The position numbers were made by a program, and so were the translations under genes. From assembly GCA_963666115.2 (NCBI GenBank), contig CAXXET010000001.1, positions 68,553-132,552 on the forward strand: DNA of 64,000 nucleotides, in the 5' to 3' direction. The notes under the pieces are model-generated. The model had not been told where the DNA came from. It saw only the letters and a program-made list of their open reading frames with translations, and did no database searches. The DNA is from Dehalococcoidia bacterium. GTDB taxonomy: Bacteria; Chloroflexota; Dehalococcoidia; UBA6926. Below are positions 9,722 to 19,022 of the stretch, piece by piece (the stretch's first letter is position 1; each line of letters starts with the position of its first letter).

Positions 9722-10507
9722 TCAGACCTTCTCATGCTGCGTTGTGTAGCAGGGCAGGCCGTTGACCATTTCGATCTTGTAGTCGGAAAAGAGGACGGGG
9801 TAGCGATCACGGACAATCTCGCCGATCTTGCCGAAGACGACACGGATTTCCTCTTCCGAACTGGGATCCGTGCGCGCCTCCAGGATGTGACGCAGGGCGC
9901 GGATATTCGTGCTCCATCCGATGCTCGTCGCCACGCCGATTGGGGCGATGCGCCGCATTGCTGAGGTAATTTCCTTCTTGCGGGAGAACTGCGCGCCGTC
10001 CTCGTCGAGCTGGTAGTGCTCCGCCATCATCCTCTGCAACTCTTCCAGCCTCGTGAACGTATCCACAAAGACCTCCATGATGTGCTCATCCTCGCGGACG
10101 GCGGTGGGCGCCCACATGCCGAGATCGTCAAGGCGAACGAAGCGCAGGCTTTCCTGCGAGATGGCGGTGCCGGCGCGGTGGCGAACCAACTCATGCGTGA
10201 AGACGCGGCTGACGCCGCTGATGGCGAAGTTGAGGACGCTGTGCTCCAGGACGGAGCCGTGGCCGGTGGCGATGATGTTCTTGAGGTGGGCGGCGTTGTT
10301 GGGGCGGACGCGGGTGACGTTCGGATTGAGGCCCGGCTCGAAGCTGCGGTAGCAGAGGCGTCCCATGAACTCGGCGAGGCCCTCAACGTCCGTGGCTGCG
10401 TCCGTCGACCAGCCCGGCGCGCCGATATGTTCAAGGTATGCGGCAAGCCCCTCCGGTATGATCCTGGTCTCGCCGACCAGGAAGACTTGCGGCTCCACGC
10501 CGTGCAT
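9722..10507 (-). CDS. thyX: FAD-dependent thymidylate synthase
   Basis: GHGSVLEH, HELVRHR...SQESLRF. Confidence 0.95.
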   Translation of the reverse strand: MHGVEPQVFLVGETRIIPEGLAAYLEHIGAPGWSTDAATDVEGLAEFMGRLCYRSFEPGLNPNVTRVRPNNAAHLKNIIATGHGSVLEHSVLNFAISGVSRVFTHELVRHRAGTAISQESLRFVRLDDLGMWAPTAVREDEHIMEVFVDTFTRLEELQRMMAEHYQLDEDGAQFSRKKEITSAMRRIAPIGVATSIGWSTNIRALRHILEARTDPSSEEEIRVVFGKIGEIVRDRYPVLFSDYKIEMVNGLPCYTTQHEKV

Positions 10508-10564
10508 CGCCTACCCCCCTTGCGCCCAAATCCACCATCAAAACTGTAGCACGCCCCCGCCCCC

Positions 10565-10595
10565 CGTTCACCCTTCGACAGGCTCAGAGTGAACG
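10565..10595. repeat. Short palindromic intergenic repeat (CCCTTCGACAGGCTCAG family), copy 1
   Basis: CGTTCACCCTTCGACAGGCTCAGAGTGAACG; near-identical copy at 52021-52048. Confidence 0.8.
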
Positions 10596-10675
10596 GGTAG
10601 AATCTTTACGCCGCTCATACGCCCCCTTAACTTGCGCTTAATCCCACTGTGGCGATTTCGTGGCAAAATGAGGGC

Positions 10676-11428
10676 GTGGAAACTGAATACCGAACCTCCA
10701 CCGTTGACTACCGAGGGCCGATACGAACGGTCGCTCACCGGGGCGCTATGGCGCTCGCGCCCGAGAATTCCATCCTCGCATTCACCACAGCCGCCGAGCT
10801 TGGCGTTGACGCCATCGAGAGCGATGTACGCCTGACCTCGGACGGGCAGCCTGCCGTCATCCATGACCCCACGTTGAGCAGGACGCACGGCCGCGGGGCG
10901 CGCGTGAGCGCAATGACGATGGCGGAGCTGGAAGCGATCGGTGTGCCGTCCCTTTCAACCTTGCTGGACGGCTTTGCGGCCGACTTTGACGTGATCATCG
11001 ACCTCAAGGTGAAGAGCGCCGCGCTCGCCAGGGCGGTGGGGCGGGTCGTCGCCGGATCAGGCCGCGCCCAATGCTGTTTCGTGACGGGTTCAGACCTCAA
11101 CCTGCTGCGCCTCGCGCAGTCGCTCGCCGAGGGTTTGCGGCTCAGTTGGACCATCGGGGCGCGGCATGGAACGCTGACTCCGGCGGCAGTCGTGGAGGCG
11201 GCGGTTGTAGGAGTGTCGGAACTGGCCGTAGATGCCCCGGAAGTAAGCGCCGAACTCGTCGCGCAGGCCCGCTCACTGGGGATTGACGTTCGCGCCTACG
11301 GCATCAAGACGCCGGCAGAGGCGCGGCAACTGATTGAACGCGGCTGCACAACCCTGACGCTGGATGATCCGCGCTGGGCGATGGCACCGCGGCAGATGTC
11401 CCTTCCGCTGATTTCGGCAGCGACGTAA
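10676..11428 (+). CDS. Glycerophosphodiester phosphodiesterase family protein
   Basis: AHRG, PENS, IESDVRLTSDG, IHD; start uncertain (10649 or 10676). Confidence 0.88.
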   Translation: METEYRTSTVDYRGPIRTVAHRGAMALAPENSILAFTTAAELGVDAIESDVRLTSDGQPAVIHDPTLSRTHGRGARVSAMTMAELEAIGVPSLSTLLDGFAADFDVIIDLKVKSAALARAVGRVVAGSGRAQCCFVTGSDLNLLRLAQSLAEGLRLSWTIGARHGTLTPAAVVEAAVVGVSELAVDAPEVSAELVAQARSLGIDVRAYGIKTPAEARQLIERGCTTLTLDDPRWAMAPRQMSLPLISAAT

Positions 11429-11437
11429 GCCTAACAC

Positions 11438-11866
11438 CTACTCCTCCCCCCTCATTCGGAGGAGGCGTTCGCCGATGATTAGGGCCAGGACGGTGTAGAG
11501 GGCGTCCATGATTGGGAAGTAGATCAGGTGGGATGTTACGGCGTCGCCTGTTTCGCTTTCGGGGTTGAGCAGCCAGAAGTATTGCCAGAAGAAGAGCATC
11601 GTGAGGACGACTGCGGCGTAGAAGAGGCCGTGGGCGATGGCGCAGGTGTAGTTGTCCGTGTTCTCCGGGTCGAGCCGCCACTTGTGGAGGAACGTCAGGA
11701 TGAGCATGATCGGCACGCCGAGCGCCATGAAGTAGTTCATGATTGTCCACAGCGGATAGTCGGACGAGCCGTCGTGGATGAGCCCTGTGATCATGAGCAG
11801 GACGGCGACGGCAATCCCCGTGAGCACGAGATATGCCCCGATGAGGCGGGCCAGTATGATCGGCAT
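11438..11866 (-). CDS. Hypothetical 4-TM membrane protein
   Basis: Four hydrophobic segments; GGAGG RBS upstream. Confidence 0.75.
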   Translation of the reverse strand: MPIILARLIGAYLVLTGIAVAVLLMITGLIHDGSSDYPLWTIMNYFMALGVPIMLILTFLHKWRLDPENTDNYTCAIAHGLFYAAVVLTMLFFWQYFWLLNPESETGDAVTSHLIYFPIMDALYTVLALIIGERLLRMRGEE

Positions 11867-12001
11867 GGGTCAACCTCCTTGTGACGCGAGCGGGCGGGCT
11901 ACGGTATAGGATACGGCATTGGCGGCAGCGTTGGCAGTTGGTTGTACAATGTAATAAAGGCGTTACAAATGCGGTTGAGGCATCACTCGGAAATGGAGAG
12001 T

Positions 12002-13256
12002 ATGCTATCGACGACAAATCCGCTGACTCATCTCCCCTACATATGGGGGGGGGGGGGGGGTAGATATCCAGCCTCCGAATCTGGCGATTCCCAGTGACTA
12101 CTCGGGAGGTTACTGGCGCGCTCGCCTCGAGAATGCTACGGTCGCCGACAGTTATGCGGCTCATCAACTGATTGGCGATCCTCTGGCCGATGCGGCCATT
12201 GCGGATATGGACGGGATGGACCACGCTGAATCGGCGATGATGCTGCGGGCTGCGATGGATAACCCCGGCGGCAGCGTTCTGCGGGATGCGCCACAAGGCG
12301 TTCAGGATCTCATCGCCTCCGTAGACGAGCCGCCGGACTGGGTAAACTACAACGATTTTCTGCCGGGCTCGCGCATGTTCCTGCGCAACGCGCAGGTCAT
12401 CCTGGCGGCGTTCGTTGGGGGAACCCTCGTGGAGGGCTTCGGGACGAACATCAGCAAGTCGTTTTTCATCACCGGGCGGCTGCGCGACCAGGGAGTACGC
12501 CGCCTGATGCAGAATAACCGCCACATGCTGGAATCGTTTCTGCCGGGGGGACTGGCGCGAGCGGGCGACGGCCTGAAGTTGAGCCTGCGCCTGCGCCTCG
12601 TCCACGCGCAAGTGAGGAAGCTGCTGCATGAATCCGACGAGTGGGACACGGACGCCTGGGGAGAGCCGTTGAGCGCGGCGCACCTGGGGATGGCCATCTC
12701 CGGGTTCTCAGCGCGCCTTCTCTATCACATAAAGCGTCTGGGGGCGCGGTATAACGATGAAGAGCGGCGGAGCTTCATGGCGATCTGGCGCTACACGGGC
12801 TACATCATGGGAATCCCGGAGACCATCCTCTTCAAGGATGAGGAGGAGGCGCTGGAGATTTACAGGATCGGCACGATGTGCGAGCCGGAGCCTGGGCCTG
12901 AGGCCATCGTGATGGCGCACGCCCTGATCAATTCCGCGCCGCTGGTGGTCGGCATCACCGATCCACAGGAACGCCAGAAGCTGGCGAATTACGTGTTTCG
13001 CATATCACGCGCGGTCATCGGGGCGGATATGGCCGACAAGCTGCACTATCCCAAGACGCCGATATTTGGGGTGCTGCCGCTGTTCCGGCTGCAAACCCGC
13101 TACCACAAGTTCCTGTCGCGGTGGATTCCGTGGATGGCGCAGGACGACAATTTCACGCAGTTCATCGGGCTGTTGGAGGCGGCGAACGTGACGGAGACGG
13201 ACATTCACTACCATATGCCGGATCACGTTTATTCTGAGAATTCGAGTCCCTGGTAG
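12002..13256 (+). CDS. MpaB/Lcp-type (DUF2236) heme oxygenase-family protein; 5' end interrupted at a G16 tract
   Basis: GDPLADAAI, PPDWV, LRLRLVHAQVRKLL, WGEPLS, WRYTGYIMGIPE; coding-like frame extends upstream of ATG 12207 to the G run. Confidence 0.8.
12045..12060. repeat. Poly-G homopolymer (G16)
   Basis: Direct count of ATAT-G16-TAGAT. Confidence 0.95.
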
Positions 13257-14614
13257 GAGCGGGCCGCAAGTTCGCCGCTCCGCACGGCGGATTCCATGGT
13301 GGCGGGCCAGCCGGTTTGCGTCCAGTCTCCTGCGAGGTAGAGGCCGGGTATTGCCGTGGCCTGCGGCGGCCTTTGGGTTTGGATGCCGGGGAGGCATCGA
13401 AACGTTGCCTGCGGCTGCTTGACGACGCGAAAGTAGGTCATCGAGGCGTTGCGCGTCTCCGGCAGCGCGGCGCGAAGTTCAGCCGTGGCTAGCTCGCGCA
13501 GTTCTTCCTCCGTCATGCCCGCCTCGCGCCATGCGGCGCTAATCGACACCAGCAAGCGCGAGTCCGAGCCGGCCGATTCCTGCATGAGCGAGCGGTTGAA
13601 TACCCACTGGATCGGGCTGTCCAGGACGGTCAGGAACGGCTCATCCATTACCGGGCGGTCGTAGCCGATATGCAGCCCGACGATGGGCGCCCATTCCAGT
13701 TGGGGGAGGCCGATGTCCGTTAAGGCAGTGTCGGCGCTCTCGTCGCGGGCCAGCAGCCTTTCGACGCCGTCCCACGGCACGGCGCTGATCACCGCGTCCG
13801 CGTCTATGGTTTCGTCGCCAAGCCTGACACCCGTGACGCGGCCATTGTGAACTCTTAGCTCTGTCACGCGGCGCCCCATGATGAACCGCCCGCCGCGCGA
13901 TTCGACATACCGGCGCGCTCCGTCGCTGACCAGCGTTGACAGGCCGACACGCGAGTAGCCGAGGTCGGCCATTCCCTTGCCTGCGAGCAGGGAGTCCTGG
14001 AATGCCATGATGCCCATGTAGGCGCTCGCGGCGTCGATGGTGTCATTGAGGATGGGCAGCGTGATGAGTTCCCAGAGAGCAGCTATCGTCCTGTCGTTCT
14101 GCCCGCGCCGCATGAGCCACTCTCGAAAGGACATCGCCTCCAGCCGTTCCCGCTCTCGTTTCCTGTTCGCGCGGCGAATGCTTAACATGCCGCGTATGAC
14201 GCGCAGCCGGTCCGTGAGGCTGAGATGCCGGTAGCGGAGGAGGGAGGGCAGGAGGTCGAGCGGGGCGGGAAGAAACCGCGTTGATGACAGCACGCCGCGC
14301 TTTCCGTCCCTGTTAGCGACCGTCACGCGCAGCCGCGACTGGAGGGTCGTTTGGTCGAACGCGCCGATTTTCTTGAGGAAGTCGATGTATTCGGTGCAGC
14401 AGCGGAGGAAGACGTGCTGACCGTTGTCCAGCTCCATGCCCGTTTGGGGATCGAGAAAGGAAAAGGCGCGCCCGCCCAAGTAGTTGCGGCGCTCGATCAG
14501 GGTGACGGCGATGCCGCGTTCGGCGAGGGCGCAGGCGGCGGAGAGGCCGGCAAGCCCGCCGCCGATCACCACGCAGTGGCCACGCGCTCCATTGGGACGT
14601 AACTCTGAATCCAC
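13229..14614 (-). CDS. hpnE: Hydroxysqualene dehydroxylase
   Basis: IGGGLAGL FAD motif, LDNGQHVFL, LAGDWTQTGWPATMESAVRSG; follows hpnCD. Confidence 0.92.
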   Translation of the reverse strand: MDSELRPNGARGHCVVIGGGLAGLSAACALAERGIAVTLIERRNYLGGRAFSFLDPQTGMELDNGQHVFLRCCTEYIDFLKKIGAFDQTTLQSRLRVTVANRDGKRGVLSSTRFLPAPLDLLPSLLRYRHLSLTDRLRVIRGMLSIRRANRKRERERLEAMSFREWLMRRGQNDRTIAALWELITLPILNDTIDAASAYMGIMAFQDSLLAGKGMADLGYSRVGLSTLVSDGARRYVESRGGRFIMGRRVTELRVHNGRVTGVRLGDETIDADAVISAVPWDGVERLLARDESADTALTDIGLPQLEWAPIVGLHIGYDRPVMDEPFLTVLDSPIQWVFNRSLMQESAGSDSRLLVSISAAWREAGMTEEELRELATAELRAALPETRNASMTYFRVVKQPQATFRCLPGIQTQRPPQATAIPGLYLAGDWTQTGWPATMESAVRSGELAARSYQGLEFSE

Positions 14615-15450
14615 AGTCGCACCGCCAACCCAGTTTTCTCGCGGGTTGACAGGCCAACCCGACCTTCAAAGACGTTGTAGCTTTTCCCTTCGATTCTATC
14701 GAGGACGCGGCCATAGAGTCCGCCGAGGACGGCGGGGAAGGCGCGGGTGCGAACGGGCAGCAGCTTGAGCAGACGCTTGCCGCGCTCGAAGTGCTCCCGC
14801 GCGCGCGCCACCTCGAACTCCATCAGGCTGCGAAACTGGTCGTTCACCGTGCCCGCCATCAGGTCTTCCTCGGTGTAGCCGAATCGCCGCAGGTCTTCCT
14901 GGGGGATGTAGATGCGGCCACGCTCGGCGTCCTCGCGGACGTCGCGCAGGATGTTGGTGAGCTGCATGGCGAGCCCCAAGTCGATTGCGTACTCGCGGGC
15001 GCGCCGGTCCTTGTAGCCCATAATCTGGATGCAAATGAGGCCCACGACGGACGCGACGCGGTAGCAATACGCGGCCAGGTCATCAAAGGTCTCGTAACGG
15101 GAGACGGTGAGGTCCATTTCGACGCCGCGCGCGACTTCGGTGAGGTCTTCATAGGGAATGTCGTATTCGGCGGCGGCGTGGGCCAGCGCCTCGAAGACCG
15201 GCCCGTCCGGCTTCCCCTCCCGCGCGTCATCGAGCAGGGCGTCGATGCCCTGTATGCGGCGCGTTTTTTCGTCGATGGGCAGGTCGTCGTCTGATAGATC
15301 GTCGCAGAGGCGGCAGTAGGCGTAGGCGGCGTACATGGCGCGTCGTCTGCGGCGGGGCAGGGTGACGAAGGCGTAGTAGAAGTTGCCCGCCGCCTTGCGC
15401 GTGATTGCGCGGCAGTGTTCGTAGGCATCCGCCAACTGCTGGTCTGACAT
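14566..15450 (-). CDS. hpnD: Presqualene diphosphate synthase
   Basis: NFYYAF, RLCDDLSD, YCYRVASVVG, QLTNILRDVREDAERGRIYIP. Confidence 0.9.
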   Translation of the reverse strand: MSDQQLADAYEHCRAITRKAAGNFYYAFVTLPRRRRRAMYAAYAYCRLCDDLSDDDLPIDEKTRRIQGIDALLDDAREGKPDGPVFEALAHAAAEYDIPYEDLTEVARGVEMDLTVSRYETFDDLAAYCYRVASVVGLICIQIMGYKDRRAREYAIDLGLAMQLTNILRDVREDAERGRIYIPQEDLRRFGYTEEDLMAGTVNDQFRSLMEFEVARAREHFERGKRLLKLLPVRTRAFPAVLGGLYGRVLDRIEGKSYNVFEGRVGLSTREKTGLAVRLWIQSYVPMERVATAW

Positions 15451-15484
15451 ATGTCCGGGTGTTCCAGAACCGCCGGCGCCTGTC

Positions 15485-16369
15485 TCAAATCTTCCGCGTG
15501 AGCTTCATCTGAAGCCACGTCTTTGCGAGCAGCCACGTCTTGCGCCTCTTCGTGACCGTTGGCCGCCGAGAGAGCACGTCATAGTACTGCCTTTCGATGG
15601 CGTCCAGGACGCGGAGGCCGCCCAGGGTAAACAGCTTCACGTGCAGTTTGTAGGCGCCGTCGAGCGTGTCAACAAGGGGCAATCCCTCGTGGAACAGCAG
15701 GCGCGTTCGCTCCACCTGGAACAGGATGAGTTCTCGAAAGGCAAGCGAGCTTTCGCCGCGCGCCAGTTCCTCCTCGGTGTACTCGAACCGGCGCATATCC
15801 TCCTGCGGGATGTAGATGCGCCCTTTCTCATAGTCGCGCCTCACGTCCTGCCAGAAGTTGGCGAGTTGGAGGGCGGTGCAGGTGGCGTCGGACAGGGCGC
15901 GCCGCTCCGGGTCGTCCTTGCCGATCAACGTGAGATACAACCGGCCGACGGGGTTTGCGGAATGGCGGCAATAGTTCAGCAGGTCGTTGTAGGTTTCGTA
16001 GCGCGTGTTGACCTGGTCCATCCGGTTGGCCTCGATAAGATCGAGGAACGGCTGCCTCTCGATATCGAATGCGGCGATGGTGTGTTGGAGGGCCTGGAAT
16101 TGCGGTTCGGCGGGCGCGCCGGAGTAGCATTGCTCCAGTTGCGCGGCCCAGTCGTCCAGCAGGGCAAGCCGATCTCCCTCCGCCTCGTCGCCGAGGTCGT
16201 CAACGCCGCGGCAGTACGCATAGACGGCGGCGACGTGGGGGAGCATGTCGCGCGGCATGAGGCGCGACACGACGGAGAAATTCTCGTAGTGCGACCGCGC
16301 AAGATCGATGCAGTCGCGGTAGGCGGGCTCCAGGGATGCCGGAATCTCCGCCGCCTCACGCGTCCGCAT
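15485..16369 (-). CDS. hpnC: Hydroxysqualene synthase
   Basis: HYENFSVVS, YCRHSANPVGR, CTALQLANFWQD. Confidence 0.92.
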   Translation of the reverse strand: MRTREAAEIPASLEPAYRDCIDLARSHYENFSVVSRLMPRDMLPHVAAVYAYCRGVDDLGDEAEGDRLALLDDWAAQLEQCYSGAPAEPQFQALQHTIAAFDIERQPFLDLIEANRMDQVNTRYETYNDLLNYCRHSANPVGRLYLTLIGKDDPERRALSDATCTALQLANFWQDVRRDYEKGRIYIPQEDMRRFEYTEEELARGESSLAFRELILFQVERTRLLFHEGLPLVDTLDGAYKLHVKLFTLGGLRVLDAIERQYYDVLSRRPTVTKRRKTWLLAKTWLQMKLTRKI

Positions 16370-16896
16370 TACGCGTCCTCCTTCACCCCCATGACCTGGA
16401 CGGTCAGATGGCGCGGACGCGGACGGTCAAGCTCGATGAAGAAGATCCGTTGGTACATTCCAAGCAGCAGGCGCCCGTTGATGATGGGCAGGGTTTCGCT
16501 GGTTCCCATGATGATCTGCTGGCAGTGGGCATGGCCGTTGGGTGGTTCGTCGTCGTTCATGTTGACGGTGCGAATCTCAAAGTCGTTGTGCTGGTAGCCT
16601 CCCTCGCGCGGGGCGAAATGCTCGAGGATGTGGCCGATGTCTTCAAGAAGCAGAGGTTCCATCTCATTGATGACGACGGCGGTTGTGGTGTGCGTGGAAT
16701 AGACCACCACTGAGCCTTGCCGGACGCCGGTTTCTTCCACGATGTTCTGCACCCAGTCCGTCACGTCTACGAACTCAGGCGCGCGGCTCGATTGAATATC
16801 GATCGTGTACGAGTAGACCTGGTACTGGCCAGCGCCGATAAGGCCGCCTTGCTGGGCGCCGTTCACAAATGCGCGTGCTTCCATAACGTGCTCCAA
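16369..16896 (-). CDS. yjbQ: YjbQ/UPF0047 family protein
   Basis: HTTTAVVINE, YQHND, NGHAH, LGMYQRIFFIELDRPR; TAATG overlap with hpnC. Confidence 0.88.
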   Translation of the reverse strand: MEHVMEARAFVNGAQQGGLIGAGQYQVYSYTIDIQSSRAPEFVDVTDWVQNIVEETGVRQGSVVVYSTHTTTAVVINEMEPLLLEDIGHILEHFAPREGGYQHNDFEIRTVNMNDDEPPNGHAHCQQIIMGTSETLPIINGRLLLGMYQRIFFIELDRPRPRHLTVQVMGVKEDA

Positions 16897-17037
16897 TCAT
16901 CAGGCGATGTGACTGCTTGCCATTCAAGCATACAGCGGCATGGATGATTTTCAAAACCGTGTTATTGAAATGTCAGCTTTCCGAATCCATAATGGCCTTG
17001 TCGCCCGCCCCGCCGCCGGAGAGAGGGGGTCTACCGC

Positions 17038-18177
17038 ATGATTGAATGGCTTGGCATCGAGCACCTCTTTGAGCTTACGGGCGTGGAGGCGGTCGCGGCG
17101 TTCTTCACGCCCCTCGCCGTCTTTGCCGCGTTCTTCGTGGCGCAGCTCATCATTCCGGGCAGGAAAGTGCCCGGCTACGTTACCGATCCCGGCACCGGCC
17201 AACCGCGCAACTATCGACTCAACGGCATCCTCGTCTTCATCCTGGCGGTCATTATCTGGGCGACGGAAATCACGGGAATGCCGCGTGACTGGTTCTACCG
17301 GTCGTCCCTCTACGCCATTGCCGGCGGCACCGTCTTCACGCTGATCATGTCGATCGCGGCGGTCTACAGCCAGCCGGTGGGCGACATCAAGAACCCGCTG
17401 ATGGCGCTGTGGGAGGGCAGGGCGCGGGAGATTTCCCTCTTTGGCGAGCGCGTCGACATCAAGATGTACTTCTACGTTGTCGGCGGCACGATGCTGGCAA
17501 TCAACGCCATGTCCGGCGCGGCGTGGCACTACGACCAATTCGGGAGCGATTTCAACCCCGGCGTCTTTCTCTACGCCGCGTTCTTCACGTTCTACGTGTT
17601 CGACTACTTCATCTGGGAGCGCGTCCAGCTCTACACCTACGACCTGATCTACGAGCGGATGGGATTCAAGATGTTCTGGGGCGGCATCGTCATCTACGGC
17701 TGGGTCTTCATCCTGCCGCTGTGGGGGATGGCCGCGCACCCGAACCCCGGCTTCTCCACCTTCTGGACGTATGCCTGGCTCATCGGCTCCACCGCGCTCT
17801 TCCTCCTTGGCTGGAGCATCGGGCGCGGCGCGAACCTCCAGAAATACACGTTCAAGCGGTGGCCGGACCGCAAGTTCCTGGGGATCATCCAGCCGAAGTA
17901 CATCGAGGCCGGAGACCGCAAGATCCTCTACACCGGCCTCTGGGGCGTTGCCCGCCACTTCAACTACATGGGCGAGGGATTTTTGTCCTTCGCGGTCGGG
18001 CTGTCGTTCGGCCACTTTACGAACCCGTGGGCGTGGGCATACTTCGTCTTCGTCGTCTCGTTCTTCACGTGGCGGCAGCGCAGCGACGAGACGCACTGCG
18101 AAGCGAAGTACGGCGCAGACAAGTGGGCCGAATACAAATCGCGCGTCAAGTGGCGCATCATGCCCGGCATCTACTGA
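17038..18177 (+). CDS. ERG4/ERG24/DHCR7-family sterol reductase
   Basis: YRLNG, ERMGFKMFWG, ANLQKYTFK, GLWGVARHFNYMGE, CEAKYG..W..Y..RV..RIMPGIY; multi-TM. Confidence 0.9.
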   Translation: MIEWLGIEHLFELTGVEAVAAFFTPLAVFAAFFVAQLIIPGRKVPGYVTDPGTGQPRNYRLNGILVFILAVIIWATEITGMPRDWFYRSSLYAIAGGTVFTLIMSIAAVYSQPVGDIKNPLMALWEGRAREISLFGERVDIKMYFYVVGGTMLAINAMSGAAWHYDQFGSDFNPGVFLYAAFFTFYVFDYFIWERVQLYTYDLIYERMGFKMFWGGIVIYGWVFILPLWGMAAHPNPGFSTFWTYAWLIGSTALFLLGWSIGRGANLQKYTFKRWPDRKFLGIIQPKYIEAGDRKILYTGLWGVARHFNYMGEGFLSFAVGLSFGHFTNPWAWAYFVFVVSFFTWRQRSDETHCEAKYGADKWAEYKSRVKWRIMPGIY

Positions 18178-18199
18178 CCGCCGGGGAGTCCCTTCCGGT

Positions 18200-18895
18200 T
18201 CAGGACGGTTGGCTGTCTTCGGACTTTATCAAGCCGCGCGCCAGCAGGCCCATATAGATGAGCCCGGAGACGGACATGGCCGCAAACACCGGCTGGAGAG
18301 CCAGTTCAAGCTCGTTTGAATGCCACGCGGCGACGAAGACAACCGCCGACGCGACGGCCAGCGCGGCGACGATGCCGTTCAGCAGGGGAGGCAGGCGCAC
18401 AGGTTCGGGATGGAAAGCGAGGCCCAGCGCCATGACAGCCGTTCCGGCGAAGCCCGCGACACTCGACGAGAAGTGCATTCCCCACACGACTCGCTGCAAG
18501 GCCACGGCGGAATTGAGCAGCCTCTCCGCCTCCGCGCCTTCGTTCTCCAGCGAGGCCACGCCATAGCCGACGATCATGTAGTCAAAGCCCCGCATCACCA
18601 TCTGGATGATTAGGGCGATGGACATGGCGGTGAGGCCGAGGCGCGGGATCGGCCCGGCGTAGCGGCGCAGGACCAGGAGGCCGTTCAGCATCAGCAGCGC
18701 GCCGAAAACGATGATGATAGGCATGGTATATGCCAGCGCCTCGTTGCGGGCCATGGCGAGGGTGAGGTCGGTGAGGCTTGTGCTGGGCACGGTGTCAATC
18801 GCGCCCCGGCCCGGCGAGAGCACGTAGGCCACCGCTATCGCAAGGGTTCCCGCTACCAGGGACCAGCCGCCCAGTTTTTTGTCCGTCACATTCAT
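18200..18895 (-). CDS. Hypothetical multi-TM membrane protein
   Basis: About six hydrophobic helices; start MNVTDKK. Confidence 0.7.
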   Translation of the reverse strand: MNVTDKKLGGWSLVAGTLAIAVAYVLSPGRGAIDTVPSTSLTDLTLAMARNEALAYTMPIIIVFGALLMLNGLLVLRRYAGPIPRLGLTAMSIALIIQMVMRGFDYMIVGYGVASLENEGAEAERLLNSAVALQRVVWGMHFSSSVAGFAGTAVMALGLAFHPEPVRLPPLLNGIVAALAVASAVVFVAAWHSNELELALQPVFAAMSVSGLIYMGLLARGLIKSEDSQPS

Positions 18896-19022
18896 GTCGC
18901 TGCCATTCGTGAGTCGTCGTGCCGCTATCCTAGCAGAACGCCGGCGCGTCCGAGAATTGACAGCCGCCGCCTGAATGGACATTCCGCGTTAAGTGCGTTA
19001 ACATCGGCGGACATTTGCGGCC

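Noticed and set aside
13229-16369. Carotenoid crtB/crtI cluster
   Set aside because: Two head-to-head synthases, one with the HYENF motif, plus the WPATMESA oxidoreductase match hpnCDE
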